Source of the DNA: Rebecca billardiae RCC1528
Lineage: Eukaryota > Protista > Haptophyta
Length of the DNA: 64,000 nt
Direction: 5' to 3'
Assembly (NCBI GenBank): GCA_965240325.2
Contig: OZ251222.1
Span: 1,240,001-1,304,000, forward strand
This document shows positions 45,756-56,679 of the stretch, piece after piece. The position numbers and the translations under genes were made by a program. The notes below the pieces were generated by a model, which worked only from the letters and a program-made list of their open reading frames with translations, searched no databases and had not been told where the DNA came from. The number at the start of each line of letters is the position of its first letter. Position 1 is the stretch's first letter.

Positions 45756-46657
45756 TCACAGAGCGCTCTCCGGGCCCTCGACGAGCGCGACAATGGCGAA
45801 CGCGAGGAAGAGCAGGCCGCCGACGAAGGAGACCATGCGCTCTGAGATGCGCGATGCCAGCATCCTCCCGCCGATGACCGCGAGCCCGGTGCACAGCGCG
45901 TGCCCAATCGTGCCGCCGACCGTGACGCCGAACGGGTCCTTGGCGGCTGCAAGCGCGATCGTCGCAATCTGCGACCTGTCTCCCCACTCGGCCAGGAAGG
46001 TGAGCGTGAAGGACTGCACGAACGCGGGCGGTAGCCACGTCGCGGACTTCCTCGCCGCCTCCTTGCGCGCCGCCGCTAGCCCCGCCTCCTCGTCCGTCTC
46101 CATCGAGTCTGGGCCGTCCTCCTTCTTGCCCAGCTCCGCCTCCACCTCCTCGAGCTCGTCGCTCGGGTGGCCGCCCTCCATCTGGTACGCCTGTGACGCG
46201 CGGGAGGGCGAGCGCCGCGGGGCGAGAGGGGCGCGGCGTCGGGGGGCTGCGGCGCGCCCATGCCCGCAGGGTGGTGCGCAGCCGCTGCGCCGAGCTCGCT
46301 GCTCGCAGCGCGCACGTCTTTCAGTAGCCGCAGGCCGAAAACGAAGAAGAGCAGCGCCGCGGCGTAGTGCGTGTACGTCTTTGGCAGCATAGACGGCAAC
46401 GCGTGGCCCATGAGGCAGGAGAGGACGGTCATCAGCCCCAGCGCAGCGATGGCTCCGGCGAAGATGGTGGAGCGCGAATGCCTCATCGCGAGGATCGCGG
46501 CGATGAAGAACGTCTTGTCGCCGAGCTCGGAGACGATGATGACGGAGAGGGACGCACCGAATGCCTGCGAGAACTCCTTGTTGAAGAAGGAGAAGACGCC
46601 CTCCGGCTGCGCCACCACATCGTGCAGCGGGATCGCCGCCGGGAACGCGCCCGCCAT
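45756..46657 (-). CDS. GDT1: GDT1/TMEM165 (UPF0016) Ca2+/Mn2+:H+ antiporter; intron 46315-46191
   Basis: Two E-x-G-D-[KR]-[TS] motifs (SELGDKT, AEWGDRS), an acidic central loop and hydrophobic helices. Confidence 0.94.
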
Positions 46658-46783
46658 GTTCGCGGCGTGGGGCGCCACTGAAGATGCGAGCGCGCGGCAG
46701 TACCAGTAGCACCGGCCCACTGTATGTCCGGCTGCGTCCGGGTGGCCTTCCGGTCCCTCCCGAGTCCCGCGGCGTGGAGGGGC

Positions 46784-47785
46784 ATGGCAGCGCCGCTGCA
46801 CCGCAGCCTCACCTCCAACTTGGAGGTGCAGGAGACCGCGGAGGCATTAGGCTTCTGCCGGCGGCAGATCCCTCCAGACGGCAATTGCCTGTATCGCGCG
46901 ACCGCTGAGATCTGCCTGGGATCCCAGAAGGAGCACGCCACAGTGCGCTTGGCCGTAAGCTCCTTCGTGAAGGCGCATCGCGATCGCTTTGAGCCCTTCA
47001 TTGACGACTGCAGCTTCGACGAGTATACGGAGAAGATCTCCAAGGACGGGCATTGGGGGTCAGACCTCGAGCTTCAGGCTATCGCCGAGATCTACAAGGT
47101 CTCCTTCGCCGTGCACAGGCGTGGCGCGCCGCCCGTCTGCATCGAGCCCACCTTGTGTGAGCCTGCTCGCGCTGCAGCGCTCTGGTTCTCGCATGGCAAC
47201 CACTACGACGTCCTGTACTCGCCTGAGGAGTTCAGCCAGCGCGGGCTGCGCGCGGACAGCAACGACGAGCTCGAGGCCTACCGCAAGAAGGTGCGTGAGG
47301 GGGAGGAGGCCTCGATGAATCTGTCTCGAGAGCTCTCGCACGATCTGCCCACAGCCGCGACGCCCGGGCCGGTGACGGAGGAGACGGTGCAGGAGCTGCT
47401 CGCGGCCGGGCTCACGGCGGAGGAGCTCGCGTCTCAGTTCGACCAAGCCTGCAGCACGGCTGCACCGACGGCCGCCCCGGCTCGTCCGAGCGCCGCGCGA
47501 CAGCTGAGCGATGCCCAGCGCCGGCGACCGACCATCGCGCATCTGCTCGACGCGGGCTTCAGCGAGGCTGAGCTCGCTGCGCAGTTTGCACCGGACGGCG
47601 CCGGCGAGGGCCTTCCGGCCGAGATCTTGCGGAGGCCGACGGTGATCAGCCTGCTGCAGGCGGGCGTCTCGGAGGAAGAGATCCGACGGCAACTCCTCGA
47701 CTCGAGTGTGCCGACGAGCAGTGGTGCGGGAGCAGGCCCACAGGCTGCGCAGCCCCCCGAGCCTCGTGATCTCATTGACCTGTGA
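46784..47785 (+). CDS. OTU-family deubiquitinase with three C-terminal helical repeats
   Basis: Catalytic PDGNCLYRA, WGSDLELQAIAE, GNHYD. Confidence 0.92.
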   Translation: MAAPLHRSLTSNLEVQETAEALGFCRRQIPPDGNCLYRATAEICLGSQKEHATVRLAVSSFVKAHRDRFEPFIDDCSFDEYTEKISKDGHWGSDLELQAIAEIYKVSFAVHRRGAPPVCIEPTLCEPARAAALWFSHGNHYDVLYSPEEFSQRGLRADSNDELEAYRKKVREGEEASMNLSRELSHDLPTAATPGPVTEETVQELLAAGLTAEELASQFDQACSTAAPTAAPARPSAARQLSDAQRRRPTIAHLLDAGFSEAELAAQFAPDGAGEGLPAEILRRPTVISLLQAGVSEEEIRRQLLDSSVPTSSGAGAGPQAAQPPEPRDLIDL

Positions 47786-48246
47786 TCATCAGACTACATT
47801 ACTTACAACGTTGTAGCTAGTATTATTATAATAAGATATGTCGCTAATCTCGCCTGCCTGAGCTGTGTGCGTCTCTCAGTAATTTCAGTCAGTACTCTGA
47901 CTCTCAATTAATAAACTCGGCGCACTACTCGGGCACTGCTTATTATCCGTGCTATCTAGCTATTATCATCGCGCCTGATCGGTTCGATATCATTCTCTGA
48001 CTATCAGCCTCAGGCCCGTGTCTCACGATCTCTTTCTCGTGGTCGTCGATCGTCTGCGGGACGTCTCGTGTCTCTGCTGCCGCTATCTGTCCTCTCTCCG
48101 TGGGAGCCTCTCTGCTCTCTCTGAGTCTACATGCCCATGGCGCGGGACGTAAGCTACTAGCTAGTCGTCAGACTCTATTGTAGGGCTCCGGCTAGTCTAC
48201 CTCTAGAAAGTTCAGCAGCTGTAACTACTGTGATCAATAAGCTAAT

Positions 48247-49003
48247 TTAACCAAAGATGGGCTTGCCACTGGCCAGCTCCTGCGCGAGGAAGCCAGCGGC
48301 CGCGATCATGCCGAGGCGGCCGTTGTTGAGCTCGCGGTTCTGCATGGCGAGGAACTCCTCCGGGTCCTCCGGCTTCAGGCCGAGCGGGTCGAAGCCGAGG
48401 TCGCCCGGCGTGTACTCGGCCGCATCCTTCAGCTTATACGTCTCCGTGCCCCGGCCCGGGTCCTGCCAGCCCTGCTCCACGCGGTACGCCTCCGTCGCGC
48501 CGATGACGAGCGTGAGCGCGAACCAGAAGAACTCCGGGATCTGCGGGATGTGGGTGATCGCCGGGCCCGTCACCTTGCCATCGAACAGCGGGTGGAAGTT
48601 CTCCTGCACCAGGAAGCCGAGCGCTGCCAGCATGCCGACGCGGCCGTGCGTCAGCTCCGCCTCGCGCCACACGCGCACCTGGTCCTCCGACGCCTTCTCG
48701 AGGAGGTTGAGCGGGTCAAACGGGCCCGGGAAGTCCGTCACGCCTGCCAGGCCGTACGCGACTGTTGGCGTCAGAGGGCACGGAGGCAGGCGCGGCGGAC
48801 ACGTAAGTCGCGCGCAATCAATGGAGGGCGCGCCTGCGCGCTCGCGACGCGCCGAGCCCCATCGGCCGAGGGCGGGGAGGCGCGGCGCGCATGCGCGTGC
48901 GCGTACAATCCGAGGACGCCGCCTTGATCGACGTCGACTTGCGCGACGGCGCGCCCATGCGCGGGCCGTTGAACGCGAGCGCGGCGGTGACGAGGGAGAA
49001 CAT
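48247..49003 (-). CDS. LHCX: Light-harvesting complex protein, LHCX/LI818 photoprotective clade; intron 48906-48762
   Basis: Signal-like MFSLVTAALAF, FDPL, REAELTHGRVGMLA, FHPLF..GPAI.H, PGDLGFDPLGLKPEDPEEF, ELNNGRLGMIA. Confidence 0.93.
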
Positions 49004-49421
49004 TGTGGATCGGAGGACGCGAACACGAGGCGGTGGAGTACTTGTGGGACAAACGGCCGTGATCGCGAGCGGCTTCGCGCGTCTTCGCCAAGACCAGGCC
49101 CGCTGTCAGACTGGCCTGCCACTGGCTAGCTGACAGTAGCTGTCGTCGGCAGGACAGATGCGCACGTGCGGGTATGGGCTGTATTGTTTTGTGATCGTGG
49201 GCGAAAACCGCGTGCAGATTGCTCCAGATCGTCGCCTTTCTCGCATCAGAAATCAGAATCAACCCATACCCGCACAATCATGCGAATATGTTGTGCGTGT
49301 AAGATTCCTCGTGCGTCCACGGCCGGATAGCGTGGTGCAGCGCGCGCATATTAATTAAAATCAGCAGCATCACTGATGAGCGGTGATGGCCGTCTCCGCT
49401 CATCTGCGGCTCCGGTGAGTC

Positions 49422-51210
49422 TAGGGGGTCCAGGCCCTCAGCCTAGCGGTTGGGGATATTCGACAGGCCTGCCATGTAGGTGTCTGTCGAGGCTGCCGCC
49501 TGTTGAAGTGCCCTCTAGTATGCCCCCCAGCCCAGCCCAGCCGTCAGAAGCACTCAAAACCGACTCCGCGTGCCGTCGCGCCGTCGTGCGGGCGCGCTGC
49601 CGGCCACTTAGTGTCACATAGAGATTCAGCGAAGTGGTACCCACCCGTTATGGCAGCTAGATGACGGAATGCGGTCGGTAGTACTTATTGACAACCGTTG
49701 CCACTCAGTCGAAGGAATTTATGATGCAGCGACTGAATATTTGGCGCACCATGCTGGGCGCGTAGAAATTCAGGAAAAACAGCAGCAAGATCGAGCATGT
49801 TACCCATTTAAATACAGGTAGGTACCCGTAAATATGAGCATATGTGTACCCGTACATACTAACGGTCGATGCGAGTCCATATGTATTCAAATCAATGTCT
49901 ATATATGCGGGTACATTCGAATACGGGCGCCGGAGATGAATATATGGCTGTATCGGCGGGCTGTCAGCAGCACTCCTCAGCCGGCACCGGCGCCGCGTCG
50001 CCAGTCGTCCTACCCCAGCCCATGAGCCCATGCGAGGCCACCACCGGTCTACGATTACCTCGGCTGCAGCGCCCAGCCATCGAGGCGGCCTCCGGCTCGG
50101 CGAGCTGCTCGGCTGCGATCTTCGCGCTCTCTGACTCTGCTGCCACGCCCGCCGTGCTCACCGCCTTGACCATTGTGCGGTCCGCGCGCTGCTCCGCTGT
50201 GATCGCCGCCAGATCCTCACGCCGCGCCTGGGCCTCGGATGTGCCTGCGCGGCTGTTGGCGGCCGTGATGGCGCCAGTGGGCTCGGTGTCGCGCGCCTGC
50301 TCCGCGGTGAGCGTGACGTCCGTGCGCGCTCTTCGCTTCCGCACATCTGCTGCAGCCCCACTATCCAGGTGTGCGCCTCGGCCGTGCACAGAGAACAGGC
50401 AGGGCCAATGAACTGGCCACTCGAGGCGGAACGCGAGAGATTCAAACCAGTAGTGCACCACCTTCTTCTTCAACAGGCCATCCTTGCCGAGCTGGGTCCA
50501 TCCTCAGCGCCGTGGCCTTCTCGTGTGCCTTGAGTTGTGAAGAGCGCGCGGACGTCGCCCAGCGAGAGGTCGATGCGCTCGCGCACCCGGCACCGGTAAG
50601 AAACTAGCGGCAGGCATCGTGATGATTACCTTCAGCGTCTCGGCGTCGGAGAGAGGCGGCACACGCGACGGTGCGCGCTCCCCAACGGCTGCATGAGTGA
50701 ATGCGGCGGTGGAAAGCATGCGCGCGGGAGTACCGCGGGGCCATCAGGGGGGCAGGTACGTACGCGGGAACGCTACAGATGGAAGGTACATGTGTTTGGG
50801 ACCGCGTCTGTGCACCGTCTGCGTGCGCGGAGCCTGCGCATCATCTGCAAGGGGAGCACCCTCCTCCATCTCGAGCGCATGAGCCAGCTTGAACGCGCTG
50901 GCACGCGTGCAACCTCGCGGTTTCAATGTCCGACGCCGGCGACCGATATGTCCGGGGACATCATGGTGGTCACGCAGACTCGCTCGATCGGGCGTTCTCG
51001 ACGCTCGTACGCGCTCTGTCGCGCCGAGGCGACGGTGGTGATGACCGTCCAGTCGTGCATCTCCGTCGCCGCCAGCCACTGAACAGCCCGACCCGGCCGC
51101 TCGGCGCGCGCGCTCGCGGCGCTCGAATTTATGGCGAAACTCGCGCTCACTCCACTTGAAAACCCGTCGAGGCATTTTTTCGATTTTATTTTGGTGTGCT
51201 GGACCCCCTA
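49422..51210. mobile_element. ~1.8-kb TIR element with TAGGGGGTCCAG termini and decayed coding remnants
   Basis: 12-bp perfect TIRs. Flanks CGGTGAGTC / CGGTGACCG look like a decayed TSD. Internal broken ORF pieces on the minus strand (KKKVVHYWFESLAFRLEWP). Confidence 0.6.
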
Positions 51211-51432
51211 CGGTGACCGGTCCACCGGGGGCCGCAGTGAGTCTGTGACACCGACACGGACACTCCGCACCGACGGCACCGTCGCAAGTCTTACGGAATA
51301 CGGCTGGCTTGAGGCTGAGTCGCTGAATCGCGCGTCTAGTATGTAAGTATGAGTAGTATGGCGGTGTAACTGTAAGTGTAGCAGTACAATCATAGTCAAT
51401 GAGTCTCGCGGGGCCGGACTGAGCGCCGCTAG

Positions 51433-51436
<4 letters not shown>

Positions 51437-51518
<82 letters not shown>
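51437..51518. repeat. (TA)n microsatellite
   Basis: About 41 perfect units downstream of the JmjC gene. Confidence 0.98.
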
Positions 51519-51521
<3 letters not shown>

Positions 51522-51587
51522 TGACACTGATGCTGATCGATGCATGTTATACATCTATATCAGTCGATCTAATACCAGACTCACTCA

Positions 51588-53225
51588 TCAGAGGTAGTCC
51601 TCGTCCGATGATGCCGCCCCCGGGGCCGGCACCGAGGGATGAGTCAGACAAGTGATGATGACACGAGCCTCGGCGAGCATATCCTCTATCTGACGCAAGG
51701 TGGTAGTAGTGAGCGGATGAGATCGAAGCAACGGTGTCAGACCGACTGCAGCCCAGGTGCCCTCGGCCTCGTTCACAAAGCCTGCGGCCACGGGCTGCGC
51801 CAAAGTCGTGATAGCGCAGTCCTCCGCCCTTCGGCCGTGCAGCTCGTCGGCATGTGCGTGATGCTCAGCACACGCAGCGGCAGCGCCGTGGGCCGCAGCA
51901 CAGCGGCTGCACGCGGTGCTGTCCAAGTTCCCGACCGGCTGGACATGGTGGTCGTGCTCTCCGCACGATCCTGCGAGGAGCAGGCGCTCGCGCGGACGCG
52001 CCGCCTCGGCCTCTGGTGCGGGCGCGCCGCGCGCCTGCCGGCTGGCGGCAGTGGGCTGTGCGCTGCCAAGCAGCAGCGCTCGCAGCTCGCTCGCCGCCGC
52101 GCGCACGTGCCGGTCGACCGTCCCGAGCCACCTCTCGGCCTCGTCCGCGCCGTCAGCTGCGGCAACGATGGCGTGCGCGCGCCCGATGCCCTCACGCAGC
52201 ATCGCCACGAAGTCGGCCAGGGCCATGCCGGCGTCCGCGCGCAGCACGAGCTGGCAGTGGGCAAAGAACTCGCGCGCGCTGCCAAAGGCGAGCTCGCCGC
52301 CGCGGGCCGGGTGCAGGTGATCGAGCTCGGCGGACACGCGCGCAGAGGCCTCGCGCAGGAAGGGCCAGGCGAACGCCAGCCCAAACCCATTCGTCCAGTT
52401 ATGGTTGATGCTCACGCAGTCCGTCACGTTGTGGACCTGGTGGTGCCAGCCCGCCGGCACGAACACAACCTCGCCCGGGCCCTGCGCGATGGTCAGTGCC
52501 TGCGCGCGCGCGCGCGCCAGCCGGGCCTGCACCTCCGGGCTGTACTGCGCGGCGGCAGCCTCGCGCGCGTCCGGCACGAGCTGCGCAGACCCCGGCGCCA
52601 CGGCCAGGCTCTCCTCCACGCCCGGCGGCCAGAGCAGCCACAGCTTGTGGCCAAACACGTTCGCAGACCAGCTGAAGGAGTTGAGCACGTCGTGGTGCAC
52701 CGCCGTCCAGGTGCCCGCCGGCCCGGCGTACAGGAAGCGGTAGTCGTCCCGCGTGCGTGCAGTTGCCCAGGCGTTCAGCCAATCGTCCGCAAAGTGTGGG
52801 GGCACGCGGTAGAGCGCGTCTGCAGCGGCAGCGCCCCGCTCGCGGCACGGGTGGAGATCCTTCAGGTAGCGCAATGGTCCGGCGGCCTCGCCGTGGCGAC
52901 GGCGCCGCCACCACGCCACGTAGTCTGGGAGGGGCATCTCCTCGCGCCGTCGCTCCCCGTACCCCGCCGCTCCATCGTCGTCCACGACCTCGACAGGCAC
53001 GCGCGCGCTCTCGCCTGCGACGCACATGCTGAGGAGCGCGAGCAAACGTTCCAAGTTTACGCACTGCTCCGCGTCCCCTTCCCGTCCGGGGGGCGCGAGT
53101 GCGCGCCGAGCGCCCCATGTGTCGGTTCCCGTGCATCGGGCCGAGAGCAGCGCGGGCGCGTTCGGCAGCACGTGGCCTTCGATGAACTGCCTGGGCGTGA
53201 CGTCGACGGCGCGGATCGCCGCCAT
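51588..53225 (-). CDS. JMJD4: JmjC-domain 2OG/Fe(II) hydroxylase, JMJD4-like
   Basis: YLKD, F.DDWLN, DDYRFLYAGPAGTWTAVHHDVLNSFSWSANV.GHKLW, FVPAGWHHQVHN..CVSINHNW (HxD...H triad). Confidence 0.88.
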   Translation of the reverse strand: MAAIRAVDVTPRQFIEGHVLPNAPALLSARCTGTDTWGARRALAPPGREGDAEQCVNLERLLALLSMCVAGESARVPVEVVDDDGAAGYGERRREEMPLPDYVAWWRRRRHGEAAGPLRYLKDLHPCRERGAAAADALYRVPPHFADDWLNAWATARTRDDYRFLYAGPAGTWTAVHHDVLNSFSWSANVFGHKLWLLWPPGVEESLAVAPGSAQLVPDAREAAAAQYSPEVQARLARARAQALTIAQGPGEVVFVPAGWHHQVHNVTDCVSINHNWTNGFGLAFAWPFLREASARVSAELDHLHPARGGELAFGSAREFFAHCQLVLRADAGMALADFVAMLREGIGRAHAIVAAADGADEAERWLGTVDRHVRAAASELRALLLGSAQPTAASRQARGAPAPEAEAARPRERLLLAGSCGEHDHHVQPVGNLDSTACSRCAAAHGAAAACAEHHAHADELHGRRAEDCAITTLAQPVAAGFVNEAEGTWAAVGLTPLLRSHPLTTTTLRQIEDMLAEARVIITCLTHPSVPAPGAASSDEDYL

Positions 53226-53282
53226 CGCGATGAGTCGGCCGGACTGACGAAATGCGCGACGATCCGTTCAAACGCGGAGGCC

Positions 53283-54798
53283 ATGTCCGCGACTGCTGGT
53301 GACGCCGAGCGCTTCCTCCCGGCTGACAAGCTCGGCGAGGGGGCATATGGCTCCGTCTCGACAGTGTACCGCGAGTCCGACGGAGCTGCTTTCGCCGCCA
53401 AGTCCTTCACCGCGGACGAGGACAACGGCACGCAGGAGTGCGGCACGCTGCGCGAGGTGTCGATGCTGGTGGCGCTGCAACGCGAGGCGCGCTCGGCGCT
53501 CGGGCGGGCGCATCCGAACATCGTGCCGGTGGAGGCGATCACGGAGATCGATGGCATCGATGGACTGTGCATGATCATGCCGAAGATGTGCATGAGCCTG
53601 GGCACGGCCATCGAGGCGAAGGCGCTGGGTAAGGACGACAAGATGCGTGTTGCGATCGGCGTTGTGCGCGCGCTCGCCTTCCTGCACGCCAATCACGTGA
53701 TCCACCGTGACGTGAAGCCGGACAACGTGCTGCTGACGGATGCGCACGAGCCAGTGCTCGCCGACTTCTCCCTCGCCAAGGTCATTCCGCGCTCGTCGAC
53801 CGCGGCGCCAGCGGCGGGCGCAAAGGCTGTGGGCGGAGGAGGCAAGGCTGCGCGCAAGCGGAAGCAGGGCGGCGCGTCCGCCGAGCAGGGCGCCGCGAAC
53901 ACGCAGGGCATCGGCACGCCGACGTACATGGCTCCGTACGCGCCCGTCGCGTGCGATCCCACGCCGCGCCCGCGCCCGCCCGCCCCCTCCGACCGACCAC
54001 TCTACACGCCCCGCTCGCCTCCGCAGGGAGGTGGTCAACGGCGACGGCGGCTACTCGACGGCGGCCGACGTGTGGTCGGCAGGCGTGGTGCTGTACGAGC
54101 TCTTCAACGGGGAGACGCTGCAGGTGACGAAGGACAAGGCCGCCTTCCGCCTGCTCGACGAGGTGCGCGCCAAGCTGTCGACGCAGAAGGCAGTGCCTGC
54201 GCTGCTGCGCAAGATGATCGCCGTCGATCCAGCCGAGCGCATCAGCGCGGCGGCGGCGCTCGGCGAGCTTGAGGCCGCCCATCAGCAGGTCGGCGCCTGT
54301 GCGAAGAGCACGGGCAGCGCCCCAACCGCGCCTAGCGACGATGCGGAGCAGCGCAAGCTCGTGAGCGCGCTGCCCTTCTTTGAGCGCTGGGCGAGTGGCG
54401 GCGCGCTCGACGGCTCGACCGACCAGAACACGGCCGACAATGGCGGCGCTGCTGGTGCCGCCAAGAAGCAGCGGGGCGCGTCCAAGGGCAAGGCGGGCGC
54501 GAAACCCGGGTCGGTCACGTCGATGGTCAAGGCAGCGTGCAGCTACCTCGACGCGACGAATCCGCTCACGGCCCGCCTGGCCGTGCGTGTCGCGGAGCTC
54601 ACTGGCGCCGAGCCGCTGCACTGCACGCTCGTGTGCGCCAAGCTGCTCGAGCTCGAGCTGCCCGACATCGAGTCGCTCGAGGACGAGGAGGAGTACGTGG
54701 TGCCCGCGCTGAGCGCGGAGCCGTTCGAAATGGACGCGTTCATCGATGCGGAGATCGACATCATGCGCAAGCTTGACTTTTCGCTGTACTGTCATTGA
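53283..54798 (+). CDS. CDK-like Ser/Thr kinase with a C-terminal cyclin-box-like domain; intron 53936-54026
   Basis: LGEGAYGSV, AAK, GTLREVSML, HPNIV, HRDVKPDN, DFS, GTPTYMAP|E, DVWSAG, DPAERISA. Tail: CTLVCAKLLE...FIDAEIDIMRKLDFSL. Confidence 0.88.
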
Positions 54799-55035
54799 GT
54801 ACGGTCTGCTGCCTGTGCTGCCTTGTCTGGCGGAGCGGCGAAATTCCGGGTTGCCACGGGTGCCAAGTGTGAGGGCTCCGGCTTCGGTCGATGATCCCCC
54901 GCCCAAGTCCGGTCACCAGGGCATGATCGGTAGTCGGGGCTAAGTAGTAGTACTACCTTAGTTTACTTACTACTAGTGAGTACTCAGTGCCCTCAGTAGC
55001 GCCGCGTCGACTGCTACGACTTAGTTAGCTACCTT

Positions 55036-56679
55036 ATGGCCCGCGGTGCAGGGCGGAGCGCGCAGCGTGGAGCCCGCACCAGCGGGCCCGAACAACGTTT
55101 CAAAAAGATCTTTGATCAAGAAAAAAGGGACGGGGGACGATTTTCATGGCTGGAGGAGACCGAGTTTCGAATTTTGAGACCCTCTCTAACATGCATCACG
55201 GCCGAAAAAGGTCGCGCCCACGGCAAGTTCATAGTAAAGCGTGGAGTGACGCCCGTCCAAAAAACTTCACGCCCTTTAGGATCCCTAACGTAACGAACCG
55301 TTACAAGCGATTTTTCCGGCCAATGAGATTGCAGCAAGGTCCAAGGAGCGATGACGTATCTAGATAGAGATTGCCGCGAACCGATGTGACCATGTACGTC
55401 CCTTGAATCAGTTGAATCAACTATTCAATCGCGCCGTGTCTGTATCAGGAGCCGACGAGGCAATGGTCAGTAGCCGATGGGCCAACCTCGGCGAATCTCA
55501 ATACTATCTGACACCGGAGCGGGAGCCGGGGCGCGCGGGCCCGCGTTTTCTACGCCACGGCTGCGGCGAGACCGCGAGAGGATGAGGCGAGCTCGGACGA
55601 GCGACCGACGGGTGAGGACGGCGATGGGCAGGTGCGCGCGGCGAGTTGCGCCTGGAGCGCGCGGCTGCGGCGGGTCCCGACTGCCGTCGACATCGCGTTC
55701 GTGCCCCCGCTCACTCCGCGCGCCCCCGCCGCCCCGTGTCGATGCCTGCGCGCGGCCGCGCGCCGGTCGGCGCCTAGGCGCCCCGGCCGCGCCGCGGCAG
55801 CCGCCCTGTATTCGGGCTCTCGCAAGCTCGGGGGCAGCGGCGCCTGATGCCGGACTGATCGATCTCTGAGTCTTCGACTTCACCACGCGCCGCCCTTGCC
55901 ATGCCTTTCCGGGGAGCGCCGACGATCCGAGTCCATCGTCGACGGTCGACTCTGAGCGAGGGCTACGCCTCGGAACTGAACGGTACTCTACGAGGAGGAC
56001 GAGCTGCGCGGGCGACGGTGGTGCGTGACGTCCCCAGAGCTGGCTGTGCCTCTGCAACGCGTGCCGAGCCTGATCGAGGTGTGTCAGCCCGTGCACGCGC
56101 GGCGTGCGCGAACGATCCGTGACTGGTGCCCAGTCGCACCTCCGACCTCGGCACCGTGCTCCCTCGGGCTGTCAGCTCCGCGTGGCCTGGCGTGCACGTC
56201 GAGTTGCGCTCATGCGTCGATCACGCCTCGCGCCCGCCTGTCGGCCGTCGCGCAGGCGCTGGTCGAACCCTACTCGGACCAGTGCAAATCACCTAACTAT
56301 CCTGGCGCTGCCGCGGTGCGCGGTGACCCGCGGCGGGACAGCGGTCAGTCAGCAGCAGCGGCCCGAACGAATCCGCGGCCCCGCACCGTGCTCCCTGGCT
56401 GTCAGCTTCGCGTGGCCTGGCGTGCACGTGGAGTCGCGCTCATGCGTCGATCACGCCTCGTCGCATCCGCCTGTACACAATCGGCGCCGCGCCGGCGGCT
56501 GCGAAGTGCGCCGATGGGCCCGCGCCCCGGGCGCGGCGGGCGGCGGCGCGCCGCTGGAGTCTAGTTGTACGGGCATGCAACTCCGGGTCTGTCAATAGAC
56601 GACTGCGATGGAGGGTGCACCGCCACCGCGGGCCCTGAACTACGTTCGTTCTACGGAAAAGGACCGCGGAACGCGGTCC
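55036..56679 (+). mobile_element. Helentron/Helitron2-like non-autonomous element B
   Basis: 5' GGCCCGCGGTG (55038-48) is inverted at subterminal CACCGCGGGCC (56624-34). Terminal hairpin GGACCGCG-GAA-CGCGGTCC (56661-79). Termini are homologous to 37494-39295. Internal ~80-bp direct duplication (56151-56230 / 56383-56460). Confidence 0.68.

Noticed and set aside
51639-54272. 877-aa ORF as one protein
   Set aside because: The first ~548 aa are mostly antisense to the JmjC gene. The kinase starts at 53283 and is spliced.
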